The position numbers and the translations under genes were made by a program. Below are positions 38,752 through 52,500 of a stretch of DNA of 64,000 nt, piece by piece. The stretch spans positions 300,948,001 through 301,012,000 of the forward strand of contig JBNRSN020000004.1 of the NCBI GenBank assembly GCA_051313645.2, read 5' to 3'. Under the pieces are notes generated by a model. It did no database searches. It had not been told where the DNA came from and worked only from the letters and a program-made list of their open reading frames with translations. Source of the stretch: Centroscyllium fabricii. Its lineage: Eukaryota. The stretch's first letter is position 1; each line of letters starts with the position of its first letter.

Positions 38752-41700
38752 TGTGGCAGAGCCACTAGGGGGAGACATCCCGATCTCCCCAAAGAGTCAG
38801 AATCCTCATTACAGAGTTGGTCCCGCCCCTGTTTCCCCATTGGTGGGTTGGACCAACATTTCTGGTCCCTGATTGGTCCTGCGGGCTGTCCGTCAAAAGC
38901 CCCATCATGCTTTCCGTTTTCACGCCTTTTGTTAACAGTCGTTTTCTGGATGACCCAATAAAGACCTGTTTTCGTTTGCTCTGCATTTCTCGACGTTATT
39001 ATTGATTTTGCCTTGTAGGGAACTGCCATTCCCTACAATTGGTGACTCCTAATATCAGCCCCAGAAGGTGCTGACCTCAAAGCGAGCCCCGAGGCCGGGC
39101 AACGCGCAAGGCCGTCAACGATCAGCCTCCCCGCCTTTTGGGAGCACCAGGCAGCCGCTTGGTTTTTGCAGACAGAGGCCCAGTTCCAGCTCAAGCGCCT
39201 CGATAGCGATGAGGACCGCTACCTCCTCGTCGTTTCGGCTCAGACCAGCCACGTTGCCGCCGACATCGTGGACCTGCTGCGGGACCCGCCTCAAACAGGT
39301 ACGCTGCCGTTAAGAGCCGACTGCTCCAGGCTCACGACTTACCAGAAGATGTAAGAGCCCAGCAACTCCTCGAACTTTCGGAGTTAGGCGACTCCACGCC
39401 TATGCGCCTGATGAATCGCATGCTAGCCCTCCTCGGGGACCACAAAGACTGCCCTTTGTTTCGGGCGCTATTTATCAGTCTGCTCCCACAACCTGTGCAA
39501 TCGGCTTTAGCGAACGTTAGAGGTGGGACCTACGCCAAACTGGCCACCGCCGCAGACCGTGTCTGCCTTTGCGCACCCACTAATTGTGCATCCTCGAGGC
39601 TTGCAGCCCCTACGCAGCGGGCAACGCTTCCACCCCAGCCGGGACTCTGTTATTACCATGCACGCTTCGGCCCGAAGGCTCATCGCTGCCGACTGCCTTG
39701 TTCATTCGACGGCAGAGGTTGCGCCCAAACCTCACGCTCCGAACCCGCACTGCCGCCAGGGCCCAGCCACAGCAAACGCCATTGGCACAGCGGGACAGCT
39801 GCTGTACGTCACGGACTCACTGTCTAGACGGAAGTTCCTCTGCGACACCGGGGCTCAATGCAGCATTCTGCCAGCTATGCAGCTCGATCGACAAGCAGGC
39901 CGCATTGGCCCACCCCTCGTGGCGGTGAATGGCGCAGCCATAGCCACTTTCGGAAAGCGGCGGGCGGAGATTTGCTTGGGTGGGCAACGGTTTACCTGGG
40001 ATTTTGTTACAGCCAACGTGGAACATCCATTGCTGGGCGCGGATTTCCTGTGTGCCCATGACCTGCTCGTGGACGTCCGGGGCAGACGTCTCATGGACGC
40101 GTCTACCTTTACCTCCCTGCCCTGCCAGCGGAGCGACAGCCAACCCCTCATGGGCTCCTGCTCTCCTCCTCTTCGTGACAAATACGCGCGCCTACTGGCC
40201 GAATTCCTATCCATTACACAGCCGACCTTTTCCAAGGTGGCGGCCAAACACGGCGTCCGACATCATATCGCCACGACTGTCCCACCAGTTTTCGCTCGAG
40301 CCAGGCGCCTTGACCCCACCAAGATGGCGGTCGCCAAGCAGGAATTCTCGGCCATGGAAAAGTTGGGGATCATTCGCCCTTCAAACAGCCCGTGGTCGTC
40401 CCCGCTCCACATCGTTCCCAAGCCCGGTGGCGGCTGGAAACCGTGTGGCGGCTACAGGCGCCTCAATGATGCCACCACGCCGGACAGATACCCGGTGCCA
40501 CACATTCAAGACTTTTCGGCCCATTTGGCGGGCAAAACAGTTTTCTCTAAAGTCGACCACATCCGAGGATACCACCAGGTCCCGGTCCATCCGGACGACG
40601 TCCAAAAGACGGCAGTGATTACACCTTTTGGACTTTTCGAATTCCTAAGTATGCCCTTTGGTTTGAAGAATGCAGCCCAGGTTTTCCAACGGTTGATGGA
40701 CTCTGTCCTTCGGGACTTTATTTGTATATCTCGATGACATATTGGTTGCTAGCGCGGATGAATCTCAACATGTTGTGCATTTGCGTGCTCTTTTTTAGAG
40801 ATTGGCCCATCATGGCCTAATTGTAAACCCAGTTAAATGTCAATTCGGCCTTGCAGCTATTGATTTTTTAGGGCATCACATCTTCCCCTTACCCTCTAAG
40901 GTTGAAGTGGTCTCTAATTTTCCCCAGCCCAGCACGGTTAAGGCACTCCAGGAATTTCTGGGAATGGTAAATTTTTATCACCGGTTCATTTCCAGGGCCG
41001 CCTCCATCATGCGCCCCTGTATGAGGCCACCAGGGGCAAGACCGGCAAGAATAGTCTTCAGTGGTTGGCCGAAATGGCTGCGGCTTTTCGCCTCGATAAG
41101 TCGGCCCTGGCTGAAGCCACCCTTTTGACCCACCCCATTCCGGGCGCCCCACTGTCGCTCACGACGGACGCCTCGGATCATGCCATTGGCACTGTTCAGC
41201 AACAATGGGTTGACGGCGCCTGGCAGCCCCTCGCATTTTTTAGTTGCCAACTGCGGAAAAGTGAGCTCTCGTATAGCACGTTCAACCGGGAACTGCTAGC
41301 TCTTTTTCTTGCGGTGTGGCACTTTCGTTTTCTCCTGGAAGGCCATCCGTTCACTGCTTACGTGGACCATAAGCCCCTCATTTTCGCCATGTCCAAGGTC
41401 ACTGAACCCTGGTCAGGTCGCCAACAGCGCCACCTGAATTTCATTTCTGAATTTACCACGGACATTCGTCATGTATCCGGTAAGGACAATGTCGTTGCCG
41501 ACTGCCTCTCCCGTCCTTCCATCCACGCGGTCCACGTTGGTGTCGATTACGCAGCGATGGCGCGCGCCCAGCAGGCGGACGCCGAGCTACAGGCTCTTCA
41601 TTCTGCCTCCACCAGCCTGACCCTAGCGGATGTTCATTTTCAGGCAGCCGGCACGTCCCTCTTCTGTGACGTGTCCGTGCCCAACCCTCGGCCCTTAGTG

Positions 41701-42951
41701 CCCACCTCCTGGCACAAGTACGTCTTTGGTTTGGTCCATGGGCTCTCCCACCCGGGCATGCGAGCTTCTCAGAAGCTCATGTCTGCCAAATTTGTCTGGC
41801 CAGGCCTACATAAAGATGTGCGGAACTAGACTAACACCTGCCAGGACTGCCAACTCGCTAAGGTCCATCAGCACACTAAGGCTCCGCTGCAAATATTTCC
41901 GGTGCCCGAGCGATGGTTCGATCATGTTCATGTTGACTTGGTTGGCTCCTTGCCCCCATCACAGGGTTTCACCCATCTCCTTACCATAGTGGACCGCACT
42001 ACCAGGTGGCCGGAGGTCGTACCCCTTACTTCCACCACTTCGGCGGATGTGGCACGCGCTTTTATTTTTTCATGGGTGGCCTGGTTTGAGGTCCCGTCGG
42101 ACATGACCTCCGACAGGGGCCCACAGTTTACCTCCCAGCTGTGGAGCGAAATCACCACTGGCCTAGGGACGCAGCTGCACCGCACGACTGCTTATCATCC
42201 GCAGGCAAACGGTATTTGCGAGCGGTTCCACCGTGCCCTCAAGGCCTCACTTCGTGCCAGCCTGGTCGACGCCAACTGGTTGGACAGGCTCCCTTGGGTC
42301 CTTCTGGGATTGCTCGCCACCCCTAAGGACGACCTCGGCATGTCTTCCGCCGAACTCGTGTTTGGACAACCTTTGCGCATTCCAGGAGAGCTCCCCTCCG
42401 TCACCGAGAATTGGTCAGCCGGCAAGCAGCTCGCTTGGCACAACGACGCTGCACATCGTTTCCTTCCTGTGCCCACCTCTCGGCAAGGGGCCCGCTCGTC
42501 CCATGTGCCCACTGAGCTCCGCCGGGCATAATTTGTTTTTGTGCGTCATGACGCCCATAGAACCCCTTTACAGGCACCTTATACAGGCCCTTTCAGGGTG
42601 CTAGAGGCCAGTGACAAGTCTTTTCTCCTCGCCGTTGGGGGCCAACAGGACTGCGTTTCCATTGACCGGCTTAAGCCGGCCCATTTGGACCCTGTTCCGC
42701 CTGAACAGGGTTCCCGGGTCATGCCTCAGGAGCGTTTCTTTGTCCCCGTCGTGCCCCCAGCGGATCCTGCGTTAATTAGACCCTCGTGTATGGCTCCACC
42801 TCCTTGCTCTCCGGTCTTGCCCCCGACTGCTGCGGAATATCCGCCCTCCAGTCCTGTTCACAGATCGCCGCTAGCGCCCCCTGCACCAGCGGGCTATCGC
42901 ACTCGCAGCGGTCGCCTCATCATGCCTCCTCGGAGGTTGACCCATCATGTC
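38752..42951 (+). mobile_element. Ty3/Gypsy element of CsRn1/Kabuki-like type; 5' LTR 38752-39037; 3' end displaced by the nested insertion
   Basis: LTR TGT...ACA with AATAAA; PBS TGGTGAC (tRNA-Trp-like); gag LPAFW..WFLQTEAQF and CHCC motif CYYH-X9-CRLPC; FLCDTGA; RT; RNase H; IN (TSDRGPQF, GPF). Confidence 0.85.
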
Positions 42952-42954
42952 TGA
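39100..42954 (+). pseudogene. gag-pol of the CsRn1-like element (several frameshifts and stops)
   Basis: ORFs 39166-39354, 39402-39827, 39523-40737, 40802-41128, 41065-41829, 41902-42531, 42541-42954. Confidence 0.85.
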
Positions 42955-43824
42955 CACGGTTCCCCAGGATATCTGGACCCACTTGAAGAGACCACATGGC
43001 AGGTAAGTGTTCTAAGTTGCACTTTACTTGAGAAGACAAGAGGAGGCTCAATAGCCACTGTTTACACGGTACATGAAAACACAAAGCAAAATAACAGAGA
43101 GACAATGCTCAAATTAAACATAGCACATAAGCCAAAAGTACTAACAAGCAGAAATGTGTCCATGAGTTCAAGACTAAGCACTGAGTGCTAGAGAGACCGG
43201 GTTTAAATACTTTAGACAACGAGATCTCGAATGAGGTTCAAGTGGTGACAGGTTTCTTTGGGAGGTGATGTATTCTGCTGCCACCTGTCTTCGGGGATGG
43301 CTCATGAAGGATGTCATGGGCCCTAATCCAGGACCGCTCCTCTGGACCATAACCCTCCCAGTCGACTAGGTATTGGAGGCTGCCTCTCACTCTGCGACAA
43401 TCCAGAAGCCGCCGCACTGTGTAGACAAGTTGCCCTTCGATCAACCTGGGTGGCGGAGGACAGCGAGAGGAGGGAGACAGGGGACAAGTATGAAAAGGCT
43501 TCAACAATGAGACATGAAAAGTGGGACAGACTCGCATTGACTTGGGCAATGTGAGTCTGTATGTTACCACATTGGTGCGTCGAGCCACCTTGAAAGGACT
43601 GATGAACCTGGGTGCCAGCTTCCGTGAGTCAACCCGCAGAGGAATGTCCTTGGTTGAGAGCCACACTCTCTGGCCGATGCGGTATGGCCTGATATGTCGT
43701 GGTTGCCTGTTAGCTGCTCACTGCTGTAGTCTGGAGCTCAGTGCTAGGGTGGCTCGGGCTATCCTCCACACTCTCTGGATGTTGCACTGCAACGGGGCCA
43801 CAATGTGCGAGCTTGGAAGGATAG

Positions 43825-44416
43825 TGTGAGCTATTGGGGCGGTCTGTGGTGGATGGGCGATATGTGGCCACTAGAGGGAGTCAAAGTCCCCATTTCTCTC
43901 TACCCAATTTAGGTAAATCCACCACACCTGAAGTTAATCTTTCCCTTTAGCTCAGCAGTTAAAAAGGGAGCTGGAACAGTCCTAATTCTCTCTTGATGGG
44001 AGGCTCTCTTTAGGGGAGAGTCTCCTAGTGGGAGGCGAGCCCCGAGGGGCTCTCGCCTCTGGTTGGAAGTCTCTTACAGGAGAGTTGGAAGCTTGTTGAG
44101 CCTGTTGACAGAGCCAGATTCCAGGACCTCCGCCAGCAGCTGTTCGATGACCAAAACCACCAAGGGAAGGCCTGAGGGCTGGAGTAGAGGGTAAAGTAAA
44201 CCTCGAGCTTATGACTTTGGGCGGATGTGTGTAAAGGACTGATTGATTTCAAACCTTGTGAGAAGACGAAGGACTCTGTAAGACGGGGGAATTGGGCCCC
44301 GATGTTTGAATAAACCACAGCCAAGGGCTGCTTTCAATAGACAAACGTGTGTTGTGCACATGTCCTCCGACCCCGCAACGTCATTCCCACTCTGACTCGA
44401 GAACGGGGTTGTCACA
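43825..44416 (+). mobile_element. Solo LTR inserted in the sushi-type element
   Basis: TGTGA...TCACA termini, AATAAA near 44309, flanks ATAG/ATGG; host frame PETI|LPSS rejoins on removal. Confidence 0.72.
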
Positions 44417-47098
44417 ATGGTCTCAGGGGGTCTGTCCGTCAGAGAGGAATCACACTGGCGAGAGAGAGCATCAGCCTTCTGATTCTTAGAACCAGGTCTG
44501 TAAGACAGTAAAGTCAAATCTACTAAAACATAGTGCCCACCTGGCTTGACGAGCATTCAGGCGCTTGGCTTCTCGGATGAACAGAAGATTTTTCTGGTCG
44601 GTCCAAATAACAAAGGGATGAACTGCACCTTCCAGCCAGTGTCTCCACTCTTCTAGTGCTAATTTAATAGCTAGGAGCTCCCGATTTGCTACATCATAAT
44701 TCATTTCAGCAGGGGAGAGTTTCTTAGAGAAAAAAGCACAGGGGTGCAGCCGTCCATCCTTCTGAGCGACCTGGGAAAAGATGGCCCCTACCCTTATAGC
44801 TGATGCATCTACCTCTACCACAAAGGGGCGATCAGTGTCTGGATGAACTAGGATGGGGGCAGAAGACAATTGTCTCTTGAGCTCATCAAAAGCCTTCTGA
44901 GCAGCAGCAGTCCATTTTATGTGCTCGGGAGAGCCTCGGGTAAGAGCAGTGAGAGGGGTTGCAATGGAGCTAAATTTCCTAATGAATTTCCGGTAGAAGC
45001 AAAACCCAAAAAGCGTTGTACCTGTTTCAGAGTGGTTGCTGTGGCCACGCCAGGACTGCCGTGACCTTCCCTTGGTCCATCTGAACTCCCGATGGTGTCA
45101 TGATATAACCCAGGAATTAAGTGCTGGAGGTGTGGAAATCACATTTCTCCAACTTAGAAGGTGTTCATTAAGTCTCTGGAGGACCATCCTGACATGTCGC
45201 ACGTGTTCTTCCTGGCTCTTAGAGAAGATAAGGATATCATCCAGGTACACAAAGACGAAGTGGTTAAGCATGTTCCTTAGCACATCATTAACAAAACTCT
45301 GAAACACAGCTGGGGCATTTGCTAGACCAAAGGGCATGACCAAGTGTTCATAATGACCACTAGAGGTGTTAAAAGCAGTCTTCCATTCATCCCCCTCCCT
45401 TATCCTGATCACATTGTAGGCATTGTGCAGGTCTAACTTTGTAAAAATGGTGGCCTTACGCACTGATTCCAGGACTGATGACACAAGTGGCAGAGGATAC
45501 CTGTTCTTGACTGTTACCTTGTTTAATCCTCGGTAATCGATGCAAGGACGTAGCCCACCATCCTTCTTTTCCAAAAAGAAGAAGCCAGCTCCAGCAGGGG
45601 AAGTGGACTGTCGAATGAAGCCATTCTTCAATGCATCCTGAATATACTCGTCCATAGCTGCAGATTCAGGAACCGAGAGAGAAAACAGTCTCCCTCTTGG
45701 GGGCATTGTCCCTGGAAGGAGGTTAATGGCACAGTCAGAAGGACGGTGAGGAGGTAGGACTGTGGCACGTATTTTATCAAAAACTTCAACCAAGTCATGG
45801 TATTCTTGGGGTAACTTAGATAGCAATTCGGAGGGCTCTTGAGAACTGACTGTGGTGCCCTGAGTGACAGTGGTGACCGTGGACACATTCAAGGTGTCGG
45901 CACAACAGGACTTGAGACAAGGGGGACTCCAGGCAAGGAGAGAAGCTGATACCCAGGAGAACTGGGGATTGTGTTGGGCTAGCCAAGCATAACCTAGGAT
46001 GAGGGGATTGACAAGGGACTCAAGTACATAAAAGGTTATATATTCCTTGTGGTTCTGTTCAGCAGTTAACAGCAACGGGGTAGTTTGGAATGAAATCTTG
46101 CCTGAGCCAACAGGGTGACCATCAATAGCTTGTACCTTTAATTTTGATTTGCATCTGATCAGGGGTATGGCTAAACATTTAGCTAAAAAAAATCCAGAAA
46201 ATTACCTGCCGCCCCAGAATCCACAAATGCCCCCAGGTGGTGACAATGTGCCCCCCAGGACAGAGATACAGGCAACAAGAGACATGAGTGCCGGTGTGGT
46301 CAGAAGAGTGCTCCAGTAGTCAAGGTCTTCCCATCCCTGGACGACTCTGCCCTTTTTCCCGAAAGCTCAGGGCAGTGAGAGCGGAAGTGGCCAGTCTTCC
46401 CACAGTAGAAGCACCTCCGCTCTTCCATCCTTTGGTCCCTCTCCTCACGGGAGAGTCTAGTGCGGCTCACCCGCATCGGTTCCTCACCTTGGACTGAGGA
46501 AGACCTTAATGGAGAGAGGTCTGGGGTTGAGGGAGGAAAGGCAGATTCTCTTGGCCTGGCCCGCTCCCTGCTCCTACCCCTTATACGGTTGTCCATTTGA
46601 ATGGAAAGGGTAATGAGCGACTCTAGGTCGTCTCCCCAGTCCCTGCACACCAGTTCATCTTTTACCCTCTCAGATAGTCCATGATGGAATGCAGCAATCA
46701 AGGACTCGGTGTTCCACTTGCTCTCCATTGCCAGAGTGCGGAATTCCAGAGCAAACTCAGCGACAGAGCGAGTTCCCTGGTGTAGATCGAACAGTTGTCT
46801 GGCTGCTGAACATTCTGTGACTGGGTGATCGAACACCTGTCTCATTTCTTGGCTGAACAATGTAAACTGTGCAATGTCAAGTGTCTGTAGCTCCCATCGA
46901 GTCAAGGCCCATGCAAGTGCCCTGCCCAACAGCAGTGAAATTACATAAGCCACCTTGGCACGATCAGTACTGAAGGAAGACGGTTGCAACTCAAACACAA
47001 GAGACCATTGGGTGAGAAAACATTTGCAAAGTCCTGGGTCTCCGTCATACCTGAGTGGCACTGGCATTTGGCGCTCTCGAGCTTGAGGAGGGGTAGAT

Positions 47099-47447
47099 CG
47101 GTTCAAATCCAGCCTCGGGTACTATCTGTGTGGAGTTTGCACATTCTCCCCGTGTCTGCGTGGGTTTCCTCCGGGTGCTCCGGTTTCCTCCCACAGTCCA
47201 AAGATGTGCGGGTTAGGTTGATTGGCCAGGATAAATTGACCCTTAGTGTTAGGGGGATTGAATATGTGGGGTTACGGGGATAGGGTGGGATATGTGTCGA
47301 TGGAGGCTCGATAGGGATCGAGGGATATGGCGAGAGGGCAGGGGCTGGATACTGGGTGTGGATGATCAGCCATGATCTCACTGAATGGCGGAGCAGGCTC
47401 GAAGGGCCGAACGGCCTACTCCTGCTCCTAGTTTCTATGTTCCTATG
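47099..47447 (+). mobile_element. 5'-truncated HE1-like V-SINE inside sushi gag
   Basis: Starts at B box gggttcaaatcc; near-identical to 15727-16075. Confidence 0.88.
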
Positions 47448-47611
47448 ATGAATCAGGTTGTGGGCGAGGCTGAAGCTGCTGCAAGGTATCCAGCACCTGG
47501 TGCACAGACTGTGAAAGTTGTTCCAGTAGCTGTTGGTGTTGTCCTAACATGGCTCCCTGACTTGAAACAGCTGATCGCAATTTCTGTGTCTCTTCTGGGT
47601 CCATGTTAATA

Positions 47612-47622
47612 GCTTAGTCTTG
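47612..47622 (-). promoter_or_regulatory. Self-priming PBS of the sushi-type element
   Basis: GCTTAGTCTTG is the perfect reverse complement of CAAGACTAAGC in the LTR (47836-47846); no TGG tRNA PBS present. Confidence 0.75.
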
Positions 47623-47972
47623 CTGACACGGTTCCCCAGGATATCTGGACCTACTTGAAGAGACCACACGGCAGGTAAGTGTTCTAAGTTGGACTTTACT
47701 CGAGAAAAGAGGAGGCTCAATAGCCACTGTTTACACGGTACATGAAAACACAAAGCAAAATAACAGAGACAATGATCAAACTAAACATAGCACATAAGCC
47801 AAAAGTACTAACAAGCAGAAGTGTGTCCATGAGTTCAAGACTAAGCACTGAGTGCTAGAGAGACAGGGTTTAAGTACTCTAGACAACAAGTCCCCGAATG
47901 AGGTTCAATCTTTTGATTGATCTTAATCTGTTTAACTGTAAATCAATAAAACTTTAAATGAAACTTAACAAA

Positions 47973-49504
47973 TCAAATTAAAATTTGGTTTGCCGGGGTG
48001 ACGATGCACTCCAGTCCCCGCGGCGCCCACCGGTCACGAAAAGCCTCAAGCGTACCGGCGGACACCGCGTGCTCCATCTCCAGGGCCACCCGGGCGCGAA
48101 CGTGGCCGCGAAAGAGAGGCAGGCAATCCGGCTGGACCACCCCCTCGACGGCCCGCTGCCTGGAACAATAAATGGATCTTTTGGCAAGTCCCAGGAGCAG
48201 ACCGACGAGGAGATCCTCCAACCTGCCCGCTCCCCTCCGCACCGGATGGCCGTAGATCAGGAGCGTGGGACTGAAGTGCAACCAAAACATGAGGAGCAGC
48301 CCCTTCAAATATTGATAGAGGGGCTGCAACCTCCCACATTCATAATAAACATGGAACACGGACTCCTCCAGGCCGCAGAAATGACAGGTGGCCTGGGAGT
48401 CCGTGAACCTACTTAAAACTTTGTTGCACGGGGCTACTCCGTGCAACACCCTCCAGGCCAAGTCCCCAATAGAACACGGGAAGACTCCCGTGTAGAGAGC
48501 CCCCCATTGGGGACCTCCACCTCCGCCGGATGGCAAAATGGCACGCCAGGGCGTGTCCGGACGGCAGGCGAAGATGACAAAGTGGAGAGTGTGCAGGAGC
48601 AGCCCGTACAGGAAACGCCTCCGTGCGGTGTCAAAAGGCACGGAGGGCATTTCACCGAGACGGCTCAAGTTGTGAGGCGCCGGTTCCCGAGAGGGGTTTC
48701 GGGGCCGGGCGCCGATGAGGAATTCCGTCCGAACGGGGGTCAGCTCGGACGGGAGCACCCCACTTCTTTGAGCCGCCTCAATTCGCATCGTGTAGCCAAG
48801 GCCCAACGCCACTTTCAGCGACTCGATGGCTTTGACCGCGAGCCGGACGTCACCATGACCCAGGCGCTGCGCCAGTTCCGCTGGCGCCATCCAGCCCGCT
48901 CCTCCGCCATCGAGCAGGTCCCTGACTATAGTCACCTTGCCAGGCACAGCTCTATTCTCCGCCAGCCACCCGAACCCTCGGTCGTGGAGGTGCGGATTCC
49001 TGAGCAGCGGCTCTCGCAGAAGAGCCGCCACTCCTGACGGGAGAGAGGTGCGCCTGGAGGCGACGCTGTTCCAAACCCAGAGCAGTTCCTGGTAAAAGAC
49101 AGGCAGCTCCCGAAGGCTGGCATGTGTACCACCCACTTTGACAAACAGGAGCTGCGTGTCGTAGTTCAGGCCGTGCAGCTGGCGGAAGAAATATGTCGCC
49201 AGCGCACACCATCTAGGAGGATCCTCGACGTACAGGTATCTCTGCAGCGTCTGAAGATGGAAAGTCGCCGCCTGGGTGCGGAGGCACACCAGCGCCTGAC
49301 CGCCCTCCCTAAGCGGGAGACACAGAACCGCGGCAGAGACCCAGTGCTTCCTTTTGTCCCAGAAGAAGTCGATGAGCTTCTTCTGTATCCTGGCGACAAA
49401 CGCAGGGGGAGGGATCAAAGTAACCAACCGGTACCACAACATGGCGGCCACCAGCTGGTTTATGACTAGCGCTCGACCCCTGTAGGACAACACTCGGAGC
49501 AGTC
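47973..49504 (-). CDS. Tx1 ORF2 C-terminal part (zf-RVT), separated by the nested LTR element
   Basis: LSYRGRALVIN, IDFFW, DLAWRVLHG, CHFCGLEESVFHVYYEC; open frame. Confidence 0.88.
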
Positions 49505-52500
49505 TGTAACCTTCAATTATGTCCACGGAGTCGTGTAGTAGATTTGAACAATCAGGCTTTTATTGACTACAGTAAGATTGCACACCAGCAAGCTGACTGT
49601 CCCCTAGAACGACATGGGGGATGGGGGCAGTCACTTATATACCTCCTCCAGCGGGGGAGGAGTCGTGGGCGGAGCCAGGTATGTTCCAGGTATCACAGTG
49701 GAATGCATTACAGGTATGGGTTACATGGTGATTAGCTATATACAGTGATATACATGTTTATCACATTCACCCCTTCTTTAAGAACGAAACTACAGCGGGG
49801 TGAAAAACTAACAATTACAAAGGTGATCGGAAAAAAATAATATTACAAACGCAGTTCTTATGATTACAAGTTTAATCTATCAGGCGGTTTCGTTGTCCGC
49901 GTTGATCTTCGCACCGCTGGTGGTGCCTGTGGTGTTCGTGGTCGTGGAGCGGCTGGTTGTGTCGGTTGCTCCATTGATGCCGGTCGACTAGTGGTGGTTG
50001 TTGAATTATTTCTGTGTGGCGGTGGTGCCCTTATTCTGACAGCAGGGGGCGCGTTCTCTCCTTCGTCCTCTGACTCTAGGGGGCGCACGCTGTGGATCTA
50101 AGCTTGGGGCGCGGTCATGCTGCTCGCAGGTGCCTTGTGAACATACTGGGGTACTGGGCCCATGTGTTGGGGCGGGTACTTCGGCTTCGGCGGCATGGGG
50201 CCTCTCGGGAGCTCGGGCTGCCTGGCGGGGCTGGGTTTTGGGACTCCTGCTGGGGCTAGGTCCTTTATGGACACGGTGTCCTCCCTCCCATCGGGGTACG
50301 CTATGTAAGCATACTGGGGATTGGCGTGCAGGAGGTGGACCCGTTCGACTAGGGGATCTGCCTTGTGTCCCCTCACATGCTTCCGAAGGAGGACCGGTCC
50401 CGGAGATAGTAGCCACGATGGTAGCGAGGTCCCGGAAGCCGACTTCCTAGGGAAGGCAAAAAGTCATTCGTGAGGGGTGGCATTGGTGGCAGTACACAGG
50501 AGGGACCGAATAGAGTGGAGTGCTTCAGGGAGAACGTCCTGCCATCGGGTGACTGGGAGGTCTTTAGACCGTAGGGCTAACTGGATGGCTTTCCAGACCG
50601 TGGCGTTCTCTCTCTCTACCTGTCCGTTCCCCCGGGGGTTGTAGCTGGTAGTCCTGCTAGTCGCGATGCCTTTCGCTAGCAGAAACTGACGCAGCTCGTC
50701 GCTCATAAAAGAGGCCCCCCGGTCACTATGGATATAGTTGGGGTACCCGAACAGGGAGAAGATGCTATTAAGGGCTTTGATGACGGTGGCGGAGGTCATG
50801 TCCTGGCAGGGAATAGCGAAGGGGAAGCGGGAGTACTCATCTATAACGTTAAGGAAGTACACATTCCTATTAGATGATGGAAGGGGCCCTTTAAAATCGA
50901 CACTGAGTCGTTCAAAGGGGCGAGTGGCCTTGATCAAGTGCGCCCGGTCTGGCCGGTAGAAGTGCGGCTTGCACTCCGCACAGACCTGGCAGTTGCTGGT
51001 CATGGTCTTGACCTCCTCGATGGAGTAGGGGAGGTTGCGGGACTTCACAAAGTGAACCAACCTGGTGACCCCCGGGTGGCAGAGGTCATTGTGAAGGGTT
51101 TGGAGACGGTCAGCCTGTGCGCTGGCACAGGTACCGCGGGATAGGGCATCTGGGGGTTCGTTAAATATCCCGGGCCGGTACAAGATATCATAATTGAACG
51201 CAGATAGTTCAATTCTCCACCTTAATATCTTGTCGTTCTTTATTTTACCCCGTTCCTTGTTGTTGAACATGAATGCGACTGATCGTTGGTCAGTCAACAG
51301 GGTAAAACGTTTGCCGGCCAGGTAGTGCTTCCAGTGCCGCACTGCTTCAACAATGGCCTGGGCCTCCTTTTCGACTGAGGAATGGCGGGTTTCGGGGCCT
51401 TGGAGAGTACGTGAAAAGAAGGCCACGGGTCTGCCCGCCTGGTTAAGGGTGGCGGCCAGGGCAAAGTCCGATGCATCGCTCTCTACCTGAAATGGGACGG
51501 ACTCATCCACAGCGTGCATCGTGGTTTTGGCAATGTCGTTTTTAATTCTGCAGAATGCCGAGTTGGCTTCTGCAGAAAGTGGGAAAGAGGTCGATTTAAG
51601 TAGTGGGCGAGCTTTGTCCGCATAATTGGGGACCCACTGGGCATAATAAGCAAAAAATCCCAAACACCGTTTAAGGGCTTTGGGGGAGTGGGGGAGGGGA
51701 AGCTCCATGAGGGGGCGCATGCGGTCCGGGTCTGGACCGATGACTCCATTCTCCACCACGCTGCCGAGGATGGCCAGGCGGGTGGTGCTAAACACACATT
51801 TCTCCTTATTATATGTTAGGTTCAGGGTTTTGGCCGTGTGGAGACATTTTTGGAGATTGGCGTTATGGTCCTGCTGATCATGGCCGCAGATGGTCACATT
51901 ATCAAGGTACGGGAATGTCGCTCGCAGCCCGTACCGATCAACCATTCGGTCCATCTCCCTCTGGAAGACCGAGACCCCGTTCGTGACGCCAAACGGAACC
52001 CTAAGGAAGTGGTAGAGGCGGCCGTCAGCCTCAAAGGCTGTATAAGGACGGTCCTCTGGGCGGATGGGAAGCTGGTGATAAGCCGATTTTAAATCAATTT
52101 TGGAGTACACTTTAAATTGGGCGATTTGGTTCACCATGTCCGCTATCCGGGGGAGGGGGTAGGCATCTAGTTGGGTGAACCGGTTTATGGTCTGGCTGTA
52201 ATCCACCACCATCCTATTCTTCTCTCCGGTTTTTACTACCACTACCTGTGCTCTCCAGGGGCTGTTGCTGGCCTCTATGACCCCCTCTTTTAGGAGGCGC
52301 TGCACCTCAGATTTTATAAATACCATGTCCCCAGCACTGTAGCGCCTACTTTTGGTGGCGACGGGCTTACAGTCTGGGGTGAGGTTGGCAAAGAGAGATG
52401 GAGGGGCAACCTTAAGGGTCGAGAGGCCACAGGTAGTGTGCTGGGGGTACCGCCTTGAGCTGCGGTTTCTGACCGTGAGTGAGGGAAGGGGTCCGCCGAA

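Larger units (their letters stand above)
42952..47907 (-). mobile_element. Sushi/Tf1-type chromoviral Gypsy element; 3' LTR about 42952-43308, 5' LTR from 47624 interrupted at 47907; integrase core and PPT deleted
   Basis: gag MDPEE...YDGD...CFYCGKTGHFRSHC; RT YLDD; RNase H EVDAS; chromodomain [15 protein letters not shown]; LTR copies start tgacacggttccccagg. Confidence 0.9.
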
